A stretch of 64,000 nucleotides of DNA, taken from NCBI GenBank assembly GCA_001818495.1, contig MHKS01000005.1:466584-530583 (forward strand), in the 5' to 3' direction. The first letter of the stretch is position 1. Each line of letters starts with the position of its first letter. The notes beneath the pieces were generated by a model. It had not been told where the DNA came from and did no database searches. It was given only the letters and a program-made list of their open reading frames with translations. The DNA is from Candidatus Komeilibacteria bacterium RIFOXYD1_FULL_37_29. GTDB lineage: Bacteria; Patescibacteriota; Patescibacteriia; UBA1558; GWA2-36-10. The position numbers were made by a program, and so were the translations under genes. Positions 46,854-57,253 of the stretch are shown in pieces.

Positions 46854-47229
46854 AAGGTCTAAATAGACTGAGATGATTGCTACTTTTAGCGTAAGGCTAA
46901 TCGTAGAGGAAAGTCCGAACACCACAAAAAAAGGTAGTTGGTAACACCAACCGCTCCAAACGCAAGTTTGGCAGTAGGACAAGTGCAACAGAGAATATTC
47001 CTTCCCGCTTTGCGGGATAAGGGTGAAAATGTCGAATAATCAGTCGACACGTTTATATGGTGACATATAGAAAGAGGTAAACTTCTATCTGGTGTAAGGC
47101 CAAATAGAGCGGCGAAGGCCGCTGGGTAGGCTGCTTGAGGTTGTAAGCAATTACAATCCTAGATAGATGATCATCGTTTCAGTTTTACTGAAATTACAGA
47201 ATTCGGCTTATGAGGTCTATTTAGACCTT
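46854..47229 (+). ncRNA. rnpB: RNase P RNA
   Basis: GAGGAAAGTCCGAAC and ACAGAATTCGGCTTA (P4 pseudoknot), AGTGCAACAGA, GGGTGAAA; 15-bp P1 helix AAGGTCTAAATAGAC/GTCTATTTAGACCTT. Confidence 0.96.
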
Positions 47230-47234
47230 TTTTA

Positions 47235-48332
47235 TTACTTTAAAATATATTCCAAAGTTTCCTTGGCTACCTTAGGCCAAGAAAAATCTTTGGCTCTAGC
47301 TAGTCCCTTAGTAATTTTTTTTTCACGAAGTTCTTTATTTTTAAACAGCTCCTCTATTTTATCTTGGATATCATCAGTATTATCTGGATCAAAATAAATT
47401 ACTGCTTCTTGACCAATTTCCTTTAAAGCTGGGATATTCGAACAGGCCACTGGCACACCAGAGGCCATGGCTTCTAAAATTGGTATACCAAAACCTTCAA
47501 ACTTGGAAGGAAAAACAAAACCCGAGGCACAAGCCATGAGCTTGGGATAATTTTCTTGATTTACATAGCCCAAAAAAATTATATCTTCTTTTAAGTCGGG
47601 ATGTTTAACCAACTCTTCTATTTCTTTATAGCCATAGTTACCGGGACGGCCAGCTAAAACCAAGGGCCACTTACGACTACTCTTTTGATAAGCTTTTAGT
47701 AAATTCAAAACATTTTTTTTACTTTCCAGACGACCAATATATAACAAAAAATTATCTGGATAATCATGAATGTCCATAAATTTCAGCCTATCTTCTGGGC
47801 TAATCGGTTTGAAAGAGTCTTGGTTATAAGACAAGTGAATCACTTTTATTTTATCTTTGGCCTTAGGGAAATAACTTATAATATCTGCTTTGCTAGCCTC
47901 TGAGATAGTAATAATTTTATCAGCCCTAAAAACAGCCAAACGATGGGACATTTTCTGATAAATCCTTTCCAAAGGATGATAAAGCTCGGGGTGTTTATAA
48001 AATCCCAAATCATGAATAGTCACTATCATCTCTCCTCGACCAAACAGCGGTAAGGCATTGGTCGCAAAAAATTTATCCACCGGATGAATGAGTAGCTCCC
48101 AAGCCAATCTAATATGCGTCCAAAATTTTTCAAACGGCCACGGTAAGGACTTAAAATAAAAATTTTCCGGCGCTTTTTTTAAGTCGCCGGCTAAATACCT
48201 ATTATAATAAACTACGAATTTATTTTCTTTATCAATTTTTTTAAATTCCTGAAGCATATACCAGGCATACCATTCGGTGCCTGTTTTATAAGTTTTATTA
48301 GCTCTAGTAGCTTCTAAACCCAGTGTTTTCAT
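47235..48332 (-). CDS. Glycosyltransferase family 4
   Basis: TGTEWY, TIHDL, GRLESKKN, FPSKFEGFGIPILEAM; start placed at MKTLG. Confidence 0.93.
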   Translation of the reverse strand: MKTLGLEATRANKTYKTGTEWYAWYMLQEFKKIDKENKFVVYYNRYLAGDLKKAPENFYFKSLPWPFEKFWTHIRLAWELLIHPVDKFFATNALPLFGRGEMIVTIHDLGFYKHPELYHPLERIYQKMSHRLAVFRADKIITISEASKADIISYFPKAKDKIKVIHLSYNQDSFKPISPEDRLKFMDIHDYPDNFLLYIGRLESKKNVLNLLKAYQKSSRKWPLVLAGRPGNYGYKEIEELVKHPDLKEDIIFLGYVNQENYPKLMACASGFVFPSKFEGFGIPILEAMASGVPVACSNIPALKEIGQEAVIYFDPDNTDDIQDKIEELFKNKELREKKITKGLARAKDFSWPKVAKETLEYILK

Positions 48333-48339
48333 AGGAAAT

Positions 48340-49353
48340 TTATTTGGCCGATAAAATACTCCTCTTATAAGACTCCAAATTTTCCAAGGCGATGCCCGTT
48401 CCACGGGCCACACAAAGAAGTGCGTCATCAGCGACATAGGCTGGCACGCCAGTGGCTTGGCTAAGTAATCTATCTATATTTCTTAAAAGTGCTGTACCAC
48501 CAGATAAGACCATCCCCTTATCCATAATATCAGCCGATAATTCCGGTGGAGTTTGGTAAAGCACCGACTTAACAGCTGTGATTAAACTTTGTAATTCATT
48601 TTGTAAAGCTTCAGTCACATCATCGGAATTGACCTTAACAGTGCGTGGTAAACCAGTGATCATATCTCGCCCCTTAATATCCATAGTTAATTTTTCTTCT
48701 TTTGGTAAAAATTGAGCACTACCAATTCTTATTTTTACTTCTTCAGCGCTACGTTCACCAATCGCTAGATTATACTTTCTCTTTATATACTCCCCAATAG
48801 CGGCATCATATTTATTACCACCAATTCTGACTGATGTATTGGCTACTATCCCTCCCAAAGAAATAACCGCTATTTCACTGGTACCACCGCCCATATCTAC
48901 TATCATATGCCCCGATGCTGACCCAATAGGAATATCAGCTCCAATAGCGGCAGCAATGGGCTCTTTGATAATATAAGCAGCTTTAGCGCCAGCATTTAAA
49001 GTAGCATCGATGACTGCCCGACGCTCCGTAGAAGTAATACCAGCTGGTACGGCGATCATAACTTCTGGACGAAATATTTTCATCCCACCAACTGCTTTAT
49101 TAATAAAATATTTAAGCATACTTTCCGTAATCCGATAATCGGCAATTACTCCATCTTTAAGTGGCCTGGCGGCAATAATAGAATCTGGTGTTCGTCCAAT
49201 CATCTCTTTGGCCTCATCACCAACCGCTAAAACTTTTTTATCCAAAACAGAAATAGCCACAACCGATGGTTCGTTTATGACTATACCTCTTTTGGGAATA
49301 TATACCAAGGTATAGGTAGTCCCCAAATCTATGCCAATTTTCTTTATAAACAT
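48340..49353 (-). CDS. mreB: Rod shape-determining protein MreB/Mbl (paralog 2)
   Basis: IGIDLGT, NEPSVVA, RPLKDGVIAD, DMGGGTSE, TPPELSAD. Confidence 0.95.
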   Translation of the reverse strand: MFIKKIGIDLGTTYTLVYIPKRGIVINEPSVVAISVLDKKVLAVGDEAKEMIGRTPDSIIAARPLKDGVIADYRITESMLKYFINKAVGGMKIFRPEVMIAVPAGITSTERRAVIDATLNAGAKAAYIIKEPIAAAIGADIPIGSASGHMIVDMGGGTSEIAVISLGGIVANTSVRIGGNKYDAAIGEYIKRKYNLAIGERSAEEVKIRIGSAQFLPKEEKLTMDIKGRDMITGLPRTVKVNSDDVTEALQNELQSLITAVKSVLYQTPPELSADIMDKGMVLSGGTALLRNIDRLLSQATGVPAYVADDALLCVARGTGIALENLESYKRSILSAK

Positions 49354-49360
49354 GGATTAT

Positions 49361-49819
49361 CTATTGAATTTCTAATATCTTACAGGTTGTTTTTCTTCCT
49401 GGCAAATTAATTTCTGCTTCATCACCAACAGACTTACCCATCAAGGCCTCCCCAAAAGGAGATTCTAAAGAAATCTTACCACGAACTGGATCTGCTTCGG
49501 TACTACCAACAATAGTAAAATTCATAATTTGTCCTTCTTTATCTATCTTGACCTGAGAACCAACATGCACCCGACCATCACTACTGGCTTTTTCAGCTAC
49601 TGAAGATGTCTTGATTAATCGCTCCAACTCTAAAATACGACCTTCCACAAAAGATTGTTCTTCTTTGGCTTCCTGATATTCAGCATTTTCTGATAAATCC
49701 CCCAGCTCTTTGGCTTGTTTGATTCGATCAGAGACCTGTGGGCGCTTATTGTTTTTCAAATGCTCTAGTTCTTCTTTGAGCTTATTTAAACCCTCTTTGG
49801 TTAAAATTTTATTATCCAT
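49361..49819 (-). CDS. greA: Transcription elongation factor GreA
   Basis: LT.EG...L.EEL..L, GDLSENAEY, IVGSTEADP..GKIS.ESP; start placed at MDNKI. Confidence 0.95.
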   Translation of the reverse strand: MDNKILTKEGLNKLKEELEHLKNNKRPQVSDRIKQAKELGDLSENAEYQEAKEEQSFVEGRILELERLIKTSSVAEKASSDGRVHVGSQVKIDKEGQIMNFTIVGSTEADPVRGKISLESPFGEALMGKSVGDEAEINLPGRKTTCKILEIQ

Positions 49820-49856
49820 AAACAACTTATTATTATTATATTTAAATCTTAGCAAA

Positions 49857-51764
49857 TTATTGGGAAAAATACCACTGCATAAATTCCCTAGTAATAGTGA
49901 CAGCTAAACCAATATCTCCACCCTCTTCTACTATCACCGCTGTAACTATCTTGGCATCATCATAAGGAGCAAAGGCCGCCATCCAAGAATGAGGAGTTTT
50001 ATTTCGATTAAACTGTGCCGTACCAGTTTTACCAGCTACACTGATAGGTACTGCCTGCAAACTTTGAGCTGTCCCATCTGTCACTGTCATACGCAAACCT
50101 TTGCGAATAGTTTCTAAACTATCATCAGAAATAACATGATCTAAAAATATTTTTGGTTGATAAATCTCTGTGCCGCTAGAAGATTTTATCTCCTTGATAA
50201 AATGTGGGTTATAGGCTAAACCCTGATTAGCAAAATAAGACATCACCGTAGCCGCTTGAATGGGCGTCACTGATAAAAATCCTTGGCCGATAGACAAATT
50301 ATAAGTATCACCCAAATACCATCTTTCACCAAAGGTTTTTTCTTTCCATTCTTTACTTGGTAAAAAACCAGTCGCTTCCGCATTTAAGTCAATCTTAGTG
50401 GTATCACCTAAACCAAATTTTTTAGCATATTCCATAATCTTATCGACGCCCAAACCCAAGCTAAGCCACTGATTATTACCACCACCAATAGAATAAAAAA
50501 ATGTATTGACTGAATCGGCTAAAGCCCAATAAATATTAGTAAGTCCATGTCCAGAACTGCGCCAATCAGGAAAAAAATTATTACCCACCTGCACTCCACC
50601 AGTGCTATTTACAGTAAAACTGGGGGTAATTATCTTTTCTTCCAGTGCAGCGGCTGAAACAATCGTTTTAAAAACTGAACCCATGGGATAAGTGCCAGAG
50701 ACAACCCTATTTAACAGCGGTAAATCTTCGTCACTTAAAACCCTTTGATAATCTTCATTATTTAAAACTGTGGTAAAAATATTATTGTCATAGTCCGGCA
50801 AACTAACCATCGCCAAAACACCGCCGTCCTGAGCGTCCAAAACTACTGCGGCCATTTTTCTTTTGTCATAATTTGCGGCCTGGTTTTTCATTATCTCGAA
50901 CAATTTTTCTTGAGCTTTGGCGTCTATAGTCAATGTCAAGTCATCTCCATCTATCGGATCAAGCATTGATAAAATATTTTTTTCTCTAAACAAAGCGTCT
51001 ACCTCAATTTGTCTAATACCATCTTTGCCTTTTAAGAAATCCTCATAAATAAGCTCCAACCCGGTCTTACCAAGACGATCGTGATAATTGTATTGGCGAT
51101 TTTCAATATCCTCTTCGGCCACTACCCCCAAATATCCCAAAGAATGGCTCATCCCTAAATTAGAAAAATACTGACGCCGTGGCTCATAACTAACATCAAT
51201 GCTAGGATAAGTCTCTGACAAGATAATCAGTTTCATCGCCAATTCATAAGGCAAATTTTCATATAACAATATTCGATCAGCTGGTTGGTCTTGGCTGGAA
51301 ATAGTCTCTATTAATTTATCCTGAGGCATTTCTAAGATACTAGCCAGCTTGGTAAACAAATCCTGTTTTACTAGATCATCTTCTGGCAATATATCCTTTT
51401 CTAAATAAAGAAAAAAATAAGAAACATTTTTTACCAACAGATTACCAAAGCGATCATATAAAAGTCCGCGATTAGCCTTGATGATTTCCGATCTAATACG
51501 ATTTCCTTCGGCTACTGTTCTAAAATATTCCCCCCTGACTGCCTGTAAATACAAAGACCGGGAAAACAAAATCATCATAAATAGGGCGAAAACAAAAAAT
51601 AAAGAACGTATTTTTTTATCATCAAAAAACTTACCCAAGGACTGAGTTTTGTCAGCCAAACCAAAATCTAAATAATCCCCAGTTTTTTTCTGTCGAACAT
51701 AAGTTCTGACGCTGGAATCACGAATCTGGCCTTCCTGAATTTTAAAAGGATTGTTTTTTATCAT
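49857..51764 (-). CDS. mrdA: Penicillin-binding protein 2
   Basis: RG..YDR.G, YP.GSVFK (SxxK), SVN (SxN), AGKTGTAQ; located in the mre operon. Confidence 0.95.
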   Translation of the reverse strand: MIKNNPFKIQEGQIRDSSVRTYVRQKKTGDYLDFGLADKTQSLGKFFDDKKIRSLFFVFALFMMILFSRSLYLQAVRGEYFRTVAEGNRIRSEIIKANRGLLYDRFGNLLVKNVSYFFLYLEKDILPEDDLVKQDLFTKLASILEMPQDKLIETISSQDQPADRILLYENLPYELAMKLIILSETYPSIDVSYEPRRQYFSNLGMSHSLGYLGVVAEEDIENRQYNYHDRLGKTGLELIYEDFLKGKDGIRQIEVDALFREKNILSMLDPIDGDDLTLTIDAKAQEKLFEIMKNQAANYDKRKMAAVVLDAQDGGVLAMVSLPDYDNNIFTTVLNNEDYQRVLSDEDLPLLNRVVSGTYPMGSVFKTIVSAAALEEKIITPSFTVNSTGGVQVGNNFFPDWRSSGHGLTNIYWALADSVNTFFYSIGGGNNQWLSLGLGVDKIMEYAKKFGLGDTTKIDLNAEATGFLPSKEWKEKTFGERWYLGDTYNLSIGQGFLSVTPIQAATVMSYFANQGLAYNPHFIKEIKSSSGTEIYQPKIFLDHVISDDSLETIRKGLRMTVTDGTAQSLQAVPISVAGKTGTAQFNRNKTPHSWMAAFAPYDDAKIVTAVIVEEGGDIGLAVTITREFMQWYFSQ

Positions 51765-52245
51765 GATGCCGGAGCCAAAAATTATAATAAATTAAATGTA
51801 AAAATATTACCAAAAATATATTGACACCCATCATTTTTAAAATTGGTCTGATCTGCATTTTATCAAAAACATAGACATCCCAATTAAAAATAAAATCCGC
51901 TGTCCAAAACAATACCCAAAATAATAGAAATGAACATATAGTCAAAAGAATTATGGCTAAAATATTTTTTGAAGTAAGAATGGTCACTTGCAAACCTTGT
52001 AATAAAAAAATAATTAACACAAAAATAATAGCGTGTAAACCAAAAATTCCCGTAAAAGAATCCACAAAAAACCCAGCCAACATTGCAAACAAATAATGCA
52101 ACCAACTTTTACTGGAATTAAAATAAACCAATAAGACAGCGACTAAAAATGGCTGCAAAAATTGCCAACCATTATCGTAAAAATTTAGCAGGAAGAATAA
52201 GAAAACAGAAATTAAATATATTAAGGTTAAATAAACATACTTCAT
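51742..52245 (-). CDS. mreD: Rod shape-determining protein MreD (putative)
   Basis: Multi-TM protein with AG.F.D.F.G..G motif, between mreC and mrdA. Confidence 0.75.
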   Translation of the reverse strand: MKYVYLTLIYLISVFLFFLLNFYDNGWQFLQPFLVAVLLVYFNSSKSWLHYLFAMLAGFFVDSFTGIFGLHAIIFVLIIFLLQGLQVTILTSKNILAIILLTICSFLLFWVLFWTADFIFNWDVYVFDKMQIRPILKMMGVNIFLVIFLHLIYYNFWLRHHDKKQSF

Positions 52246-52982
52246 AGGCTTGTAATCACCGCCAGAGTATTTAAAACTTCGTAATTAACCATCGGCAAAA
52301 CAGAGGCTTTTTTAAATAACTCTTCCTGAGAAAACTCAACCTCTCCTATTTGACCAACAATTAAACCAGACGGAATCTTTGGATCAATATCACCGGTCAC
52401 TACTACATCACCGCTTTTAATATCCTGCTCTTGTGGTATAAAATTTAAATCCATCACCAAGCCCAATGATCCACTTAAAATACCGGAAACTAGCCTATCA
52501 TTGCCTATTTTAACAGCTAGTTTAGAAAAACTATCAGTCAACAGGCGAATTTTAGACGCATCAATGCCGGCTTCAATGACCTTACCGACAATAATACCAT
52601 CGCTTAAAACTACAGCTTGTCCAGCCTCTATATTTTGATTACGCCCGGCATCGACTATCAATATATTACGATTGACCGGATCTCTACTCAATATATTTAC
52701 CACCGCCAGAGTGTATTGATTTTTATCTTTCAAATTCAATAATTTGCGTAAATTATTATTTTCCTTTTCCAATTCTTTTAAACGACTATTTTCTACAGAC
52801 AAATCAGCATAGGCTTTCTCTAGATCTGTCGGCGGATTTAAGAAGACACTACTAAATTGACTGGGTGAAAAACTATTTCTAAAAACCATGGCCAAATCAA
52901 AAATCTGTCCGTTTTTAAACAATACAAACAAGACAATAATAGTAAGAAAGAGTAAAAAAAATTTTAAATTCTGTCTCAACAT
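52242..52982 (-). CDS. mreC: Rod shape-determining protein MreC
   Basis: TM, L.KEN..LRKLL coiled coil, GIIVGKV, GDVVVTG, P.GL.VG. Confidence 0.92.
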   Translation of the reverse strand: MLRQNLKFFLLFLTIIVLFVLFKNGQIFDLAMVFRNSFSPSQFSSVFLNPPTDLEKAYADLSVENSRLKELEKENNNLRKLLNLKDKNQYTLAVVNILSRDPVNRNILIVDAGRNQNIEAGQAVVLSDGIIVGKVIEAGIDASKIRLLTDSFSKLAVKIGNDRLVSGILSGSLGLVMDLNFIPQEQDIKSGDVVVTGDIDPKIPSGLIVGQIGEVEFSQEELFKKASVLPMVNYEVLNTLAVITSL

Positions 52983-52997
52983 GGGCCAAAAGCAATT

Positions 52998-54050
52998 TTA
53001 GTGTAATCCCAAATCTTTAGCCGAAGGAAGAAGTATTTCTTTTAGGTTATCTAGATCATCCAATACCTTGCCCGTACCACGCACCACGGCTGTCAGTGGA
53101 TCATCAGTAATATGGACCGGCATTTTGGTTTCTTGTGCTATCAAAACATCTAGACCCTTAAGTAAGGCACCACCACCAGATAAGACCATCCCTTTTTCAT
53201 ATAAATCTGAAACCAACTCCGGTGGAGTATTTTCTATTGTGCTTTTTATATTCTCTATAATCAATCTAATGGGTTTAATAATCGCTTCTCTGATATTAGC
53301 ATCGGTGACTTGCACTTCCTTGGGCAAACCAGTTAAAAGATCTCGGCCACGAATAATGGATTTGACTGATTTTTCGCCCAAAATAACTGAGCCAATTTGT
53401 ATCTTAATTTTTTCAGCCGTACGCTCGCCTAATAAAAGATTAAATTTATCCCGAGCGTATTGAACAATTGCCTCGTTTAATTTATCACCAGCCATCTTTA
53501 ATGATTTCCATGAAACTACACCACCTAGAGAAATAACCGCTATCTCCGTAGTTCCACCGCCAATATCAACAATCATTGATCCAGAGGCCTCCTGAATAGG
53601 CAATCCAGCACCAATGGCGGCGGCCATAGGCTCTTCAATCAAAAGTACTTCTGATGCTCCGGCTCCCATGACAGAGTCCTCTACCGCTTTTCTCTCTACT
53701 TCCGTCACATCAAGTGGTATACCAACTATTACTCGCGGCCGAGGCATAAAAGTAAATGATTTACGATGCACCTTTTCAATAAAATGTTTAATCATTTTTT
53801 CAGTTACTTCAAAATCCGAAATAATGCCGTCAACCAATGGTCTAGTGACGGTAATATGCTGTGGAGTTTTTCCAAGCATGACTTTGGCATCTTCACCAAC
53901 GGCTACTATTTTTTCCGTACGATTATTAATAGCTACAATCGATGGTTCATTGATGACAATACCCTGATCTTTGACATAAACCAAAATATTGGCCGTGCCT
54001 AAATCAATGCCAATATCTTTGGAAAAATTTTTAAAAATTCTTCTAAACAT
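52998..54050 (-). CDS. mreB: Rod shape-determining protein MreB
   Basis: DIGIDLGTAN, EEPMAAAIGA, DIGGGTTE, LSGGGALL. Confidence 0.97.
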   Translation of the reverse strand: MFRRIFKNFSKDIGIDLGTANILVYVKDQGIVINEPSIVAINNRTEKIVAVGEDAKVMLGKTPQHITVTRPLVDGIISDFEVTEKMIKHFIEKVHRKSFTFMPRPRVIVGIPLDVTEVERKAVEDSVMGAGASEVLLIEEPMAAAIGAGLPIQEASGSMIVDIGGGTTEIAVISLGGVVSWKSLKMAGDKLNEAIVQYARDKFNLLLGERTAEKIKIQIGSVILGEKSVKSIIRGRDLLTGLPKEVQVTDANIREAIIKPIRLIIENIKSTIENTPPELVSDLYEKGMVLSGGGALLKGLDVLIAQETKMPVHITDDPLTAVVRGTGKVLDDLDNLKEILLPSAKDLGLH

Positions 54051-55294
54051 TAATCGTAAAATGCTTTAATCTTTTTTATAGCTGTATCCAAATCTAGTAA
54101 TTCTTTATGATGATCAGCCCGATAAATCAACTCCAATTTTTGCTGTTTATCTGAAACAATCAATTGGAAGCAAATACCCAATAAATCTGCATCTTTTAAT
54201 TTCTTGCCAAAAGAGATGTCTCTATCATCATAGAGTACTTCTAAGCCATTTTTAGCCAATTTTTCATAGATCTGATCAGCTGGTGCATTTGTCTTATCAT
54301 TTTTTGACAAATTTAGCAAATGAACATGGTAAGGGGTAGTGGCCTTGGTCCAAATAATACCATCTTTATCATGACTGGCCTCTACTATAGTGCCCATGGC
54401 CCTGCCCAAACCAATACCATAAGAACCCATTAGGACATCTTTCAACTCGCCGTTTTCAGTAGCATACTGCAGGCCTAAAGCTGTAGAGTATTTTGTACCC
54501 AATCTAAAAATATTGCCGGCTTCGACTGTTTTATTCTCTATTACTTTGGCACCACAATTTGGGCATTTGTCTCCAGCTTTAACTTTAGCAATTTCCTTAT
54601 TTTGCGCCCAAGCACAATGACCACAATAAACTGTAACATCTTCACCAGCTATAGTTCTAATCATGAATTCATGAGAAAAATCTTTACTCATTGCTCCACC
54701 AGAAGCCTCTACAATAAATGCATCAAGGCCTAATCTATTAAAAATTCTTATATAAGTCTGTAATACTTTATCATAATATTTTTTTAAGTCTGCTTCATCG
54801 ATATGAAAACTATAAAGATCTTTCATAGAAAACTCCCGCCCCCTGAGTAAACCAGACTTGGCTCTTTTTTCATTGCGAAACTTATTTTGAATTTGATAAA
54901 TATAAACCGGTAAATCTTTGTAAGACTTTATTTGCTGTTTAGCCAATTCTGTTACTACTTCCTCGTGCGTAGTGGCCAGACCGACCTCACCACCGTGTCC
55001 GTCTTCAAACTGATACATGATATCTTGCATCCCCAACCAACGACCGGTGCGCTCCCACAGTTCTTTTGGCTGCAAAGCGCTCATTAGCATTTCTTGTCCA
55101 CCAATAAGATTCATTTCCTCTCTGATAATATTTTCAATCTTACGAAAAACTTTTAACCCCAAAGGCAGATAATTATAAATTCCAGCCATATGTTTATCTA
55201 TAAATCCGCCACGAATTAAAAGCTGCGCATTGATAGATTTTTCATCTTGACTGACGTCCCGTCTAGTTTTTCCAAATAACTTTGATTGTCTCAT
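54050..55294 (-). CDS. proS: Proline--tRNA ligase, short form without INS editing domain
   Basis: MRQSKLF, LLIRGGFI, THEE, SYKDLP, QIQNKFRNE.R...GLLRGREF.MKD.YSF, MGSYGIG. Confidence 0.95.
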   Translation of the reverse strand: MRQSKLFGKTRRDVSQDEKSINAQLLIRGGFIDKHMAGIYNYLPLGLKVFRKIENIIREEMNLIGGQEMLMSALQPKELWERTGRWLGMQDIMYQFEDGHGGEVGLATTHEEVVTELAKQQIKSYKDLPVYIYQIQNKFRNEKRAKSGLLRGREFSMKDLYSFHIDEADLKKYYDKVLQTYIRIFNRLGLDAFIVEASGGAMSKDFSHEFMIRTIAGEDVTVYCGHCAWAQNKEIAKVKAGDKCPNCGAKVIENKTVEAGNIFRLGTKYSTALGLQYATENGELKDVLMGSYGIGLGRAMGTIVEASHDKDGIIWTKATTPYHVHLLNLSKNDKTNAPADQIYEKLAKNGLEVLYDDRDISFGKKLKDADLLGICFQLIVSDKQQKLELIYRADHHKELLDLDTAIKKIKAFYD

Positions 55295-55296
55295 AA

Positions 55297-55578
55297 CTAA
55301 TTTTTTAATAAACTTATAATTCTGTTTTTCTCATCTTCTAAAATTTGACCATCATAATCACCGCCATGAGCAACCTGCTCTTCGTAGCAAGCGCCTTTTT
55401 GATCAAGATGAAGAGAAAATTCCCAACCCTTTGCCACCTGACTTAAATAAATATGAAAACGCGGAAACTGGCCACTATTTAAACGCCGAGAAAAACTTTG
55501 ATTTTTATGGGGATGATAACCCAAAAACCTAGTCAAAGCTAAAATATTGTATTTATTATTATTAACTAAAAATTTCAT
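55297..55578 (-). CDS. Conserved hypothetical protein
   Basis: 93 aa; RL....FPRFHIY...LHLDQK...Y....HGGDY motif; tight operon packing. Confidence 0.8.
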   Translation of the reverse strand: MKFLVNNNKYNILALTRFLGYHPHKNQSFSRRLNSGQFPRFHIYLSQVAKGWEFSLHLDQKGACYEEQVAHGGDYDGQILEDEKNRIISLLKN

Positions 55579-55581
55579 AAC

Positions 55582-56691
55582 TTACATAAACCAAGATTGA
55601 ATAGTCTGCCAAATTCCGGCTCCATAAATCGTAAAATCCCTAAAAGTAATAACGATTAAAAGTATAATCAAAATAATAAAACCACTATTGTGTATCCAAG
55701 CTTCTACTTTTTCATTTAATTTTTTACGAGTGACCGCTTGCGCTAATATAAACAAAGCTCGTCCGCCATCTAAGGCCGGGAATGGGAAAAAATTTATCAC
55801 TCCCAGGTTGATAGAAAGCAAAGCCGCAAAATAAATGATATGAATAAATCCCAATTTAACAATTTGTCCGGTAATTACCGCCACAGCCACTGGCCCGCCA
55901 AAACCTTCAGCCAAATCTCCTTTGGTGATTAAATTGGCTAGCAAATGATAAAGAGCTTTAACAATATTGGCAATCATAAAAACTGTGACCTCAAAACCCT
56001 GAACGATACTGCCCCAAAAGCCATAATCAACAATACCCGTTTCCGTAATACCAATACCCAATCTTGACTCGGTACCCTCTTCCAACACTTCGTGTTTTAA
56101 ATTATAAATTGCTTCCTGATCATTATTTTTTAAAACCACCAACGTTATCTCTTCTCCGCGCAAAAATTCCAACTGAGCATAGATGTCTTCATCACTTTCA
56201 AAAGTCTGTCCATTAATCTTACGGATTTTATCACCAACTTCCAGACCAACTTGCGCCGCTGGACTATTTTCAGTAATTTGTAAAATAACGACATTTTTAT
56301 CACGGACATTGGCTTGACTTATATCAGCTGTCAGTTCTTGGGGAAAACCAGCCATAAAAACAATGGATAATAAAATAAAAGCTAAGAAAAAATTCATCAA
56401 CACTCCGGCTGAGACAATCAAAATTTTCTTCCAAGCAGCCTGATTGACAAAACTTCTAGGATCATCCAATCCTTCTCCCTGCTCTCCTTTTATTTTGACA
56501 AATCCGCCCATCGGTATCCAATTGATAGAATATTTTATACCATTTCGTTTCCAAGAAAATATTTTAGGTGGAAAACCAATAGCAAACTCCTCTACATCCA
56601 CTTTTAATTTTATAGCACTAATAAAGTGTCCTAGCTCATGCACTAGGATAAGTAAACCCAAAATTAAAATAAATATAATAACTGTTTCCAT
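55582..56691 (-). CDS. rseP: RIP metalloprotease RseP
   Basis: HELGH, P.GGFVKI, AGVLMN, PDZ domain, N.FPFPALDGG. Confidence 0.95.
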   Translation of the reverse strand: METVIIFILILGLLILVHELGHFISAIKLKVDVEEFAIGFPPKIFSWKRNGIKYSINWIPMGGFVKIKGEQGEGLDDPRSFVNQAAWKKILIVSAGVLMNFFLAFILLSIVFMAGFPQELTADISQANVRDKNVVILQITENSPAAQVGLEVGDKIRKINGQTFESDEDIYAQLEFLRGEEITLVVLKNNDQEAIYNLKHEVLEEGTESRLGIGITETGIVDYGFWGSIVQGFEVTVFMIANIVKALYHLLANLITKGDLAEGFGGPVAVAVITGQIVKLGFIHIIYFAALLSINLGVINFFPFPALDGGRALFILAQAVTRKKLNEKVEAWIHNSGFIILIILLIVITFRDFTIYGAGIWQTIQSWFM

Positions 56692-56694
56692 AAA

Positions 56695-57249
56695 TTAAAT
56701 TTTCATTATCTCCTGCTCTTTCTTATCACTAATTTGTTTGATCTTTTCATTGTACTCTTTCACCAACTCGTCCAAAGACTCCAGAGCATCAAATTTTTCA
56801 TCTTCAGAAATTTGTTTGGATTTTTCTAGTGAAATAACTTCTTCTTTAACTTTTTCCCGATTACCTCTTAGTTTAATACGGGACTCTTCAACTTTTTTAT
56901 GCAAAACCTTGACTAGCTCCTTGCGTGATTCTTCTGTTAATTGAGGAAAATTTAATCTAACCAAATCACCATCTACTACCGGGTTAACATTTAGATCGGC
57001 TTTATTTAAAGCTTTTTCAATAGCCGCAAGAATACTTTTATCCCAGGGCTTAATAGCTATACTCTGTGGCTCTGGACTAGTAATAGAAGCCAGTTGCAAA
57101 AGCTCGGTAGTGGTGCCATAGCTTTCTACTAAAACTTTCTCCACCAAACTCGGTGATATCCGACCAGTTCTAAGAGAAGAGATATCTTCTTGAAAAAATC
57201 TAATGGTTTTTTCAAATTGTTCTTTATTTTTTTCTATTAAATTATTCAT
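56695..57249 (-). CDS. frr: Ribosome recycling factor
   Basis: LRTGR, I.PWDK, NP.VDG, P.LTEE.RKELVK, KEQEIM. Confidence 0.97.
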   Translation of the reverse strand: MNNLIEKNKEQFEKTIRFFQEDISSLRTGRISPSLVEKVLVESYGTTTELLQLASITSPEPQSIAIKPWDKSILAAIEKALNKADLNVNPVVDGDLVRLNFPQLTEESRKELVKVLHKKVEESRIKLRGNREKVKEEVISLEKSKQISEDEKFDALESLDELVKEYNEKIKQISDKKEQEIMKI

Positions 57250-57253
57250 ATAA

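Noticed and set aside
47167-47397. 76-aa plus-strand ORF
   Set aside because: Overlaps the 3' end of the RNase P RNA and is antisense to a glycosyltransferase
48333-48437. N-terminal extension of the GT4 ORF
   Set aside because: Overlaps the mreB coding end; the family-like sequence begins at MKTLG (48332)
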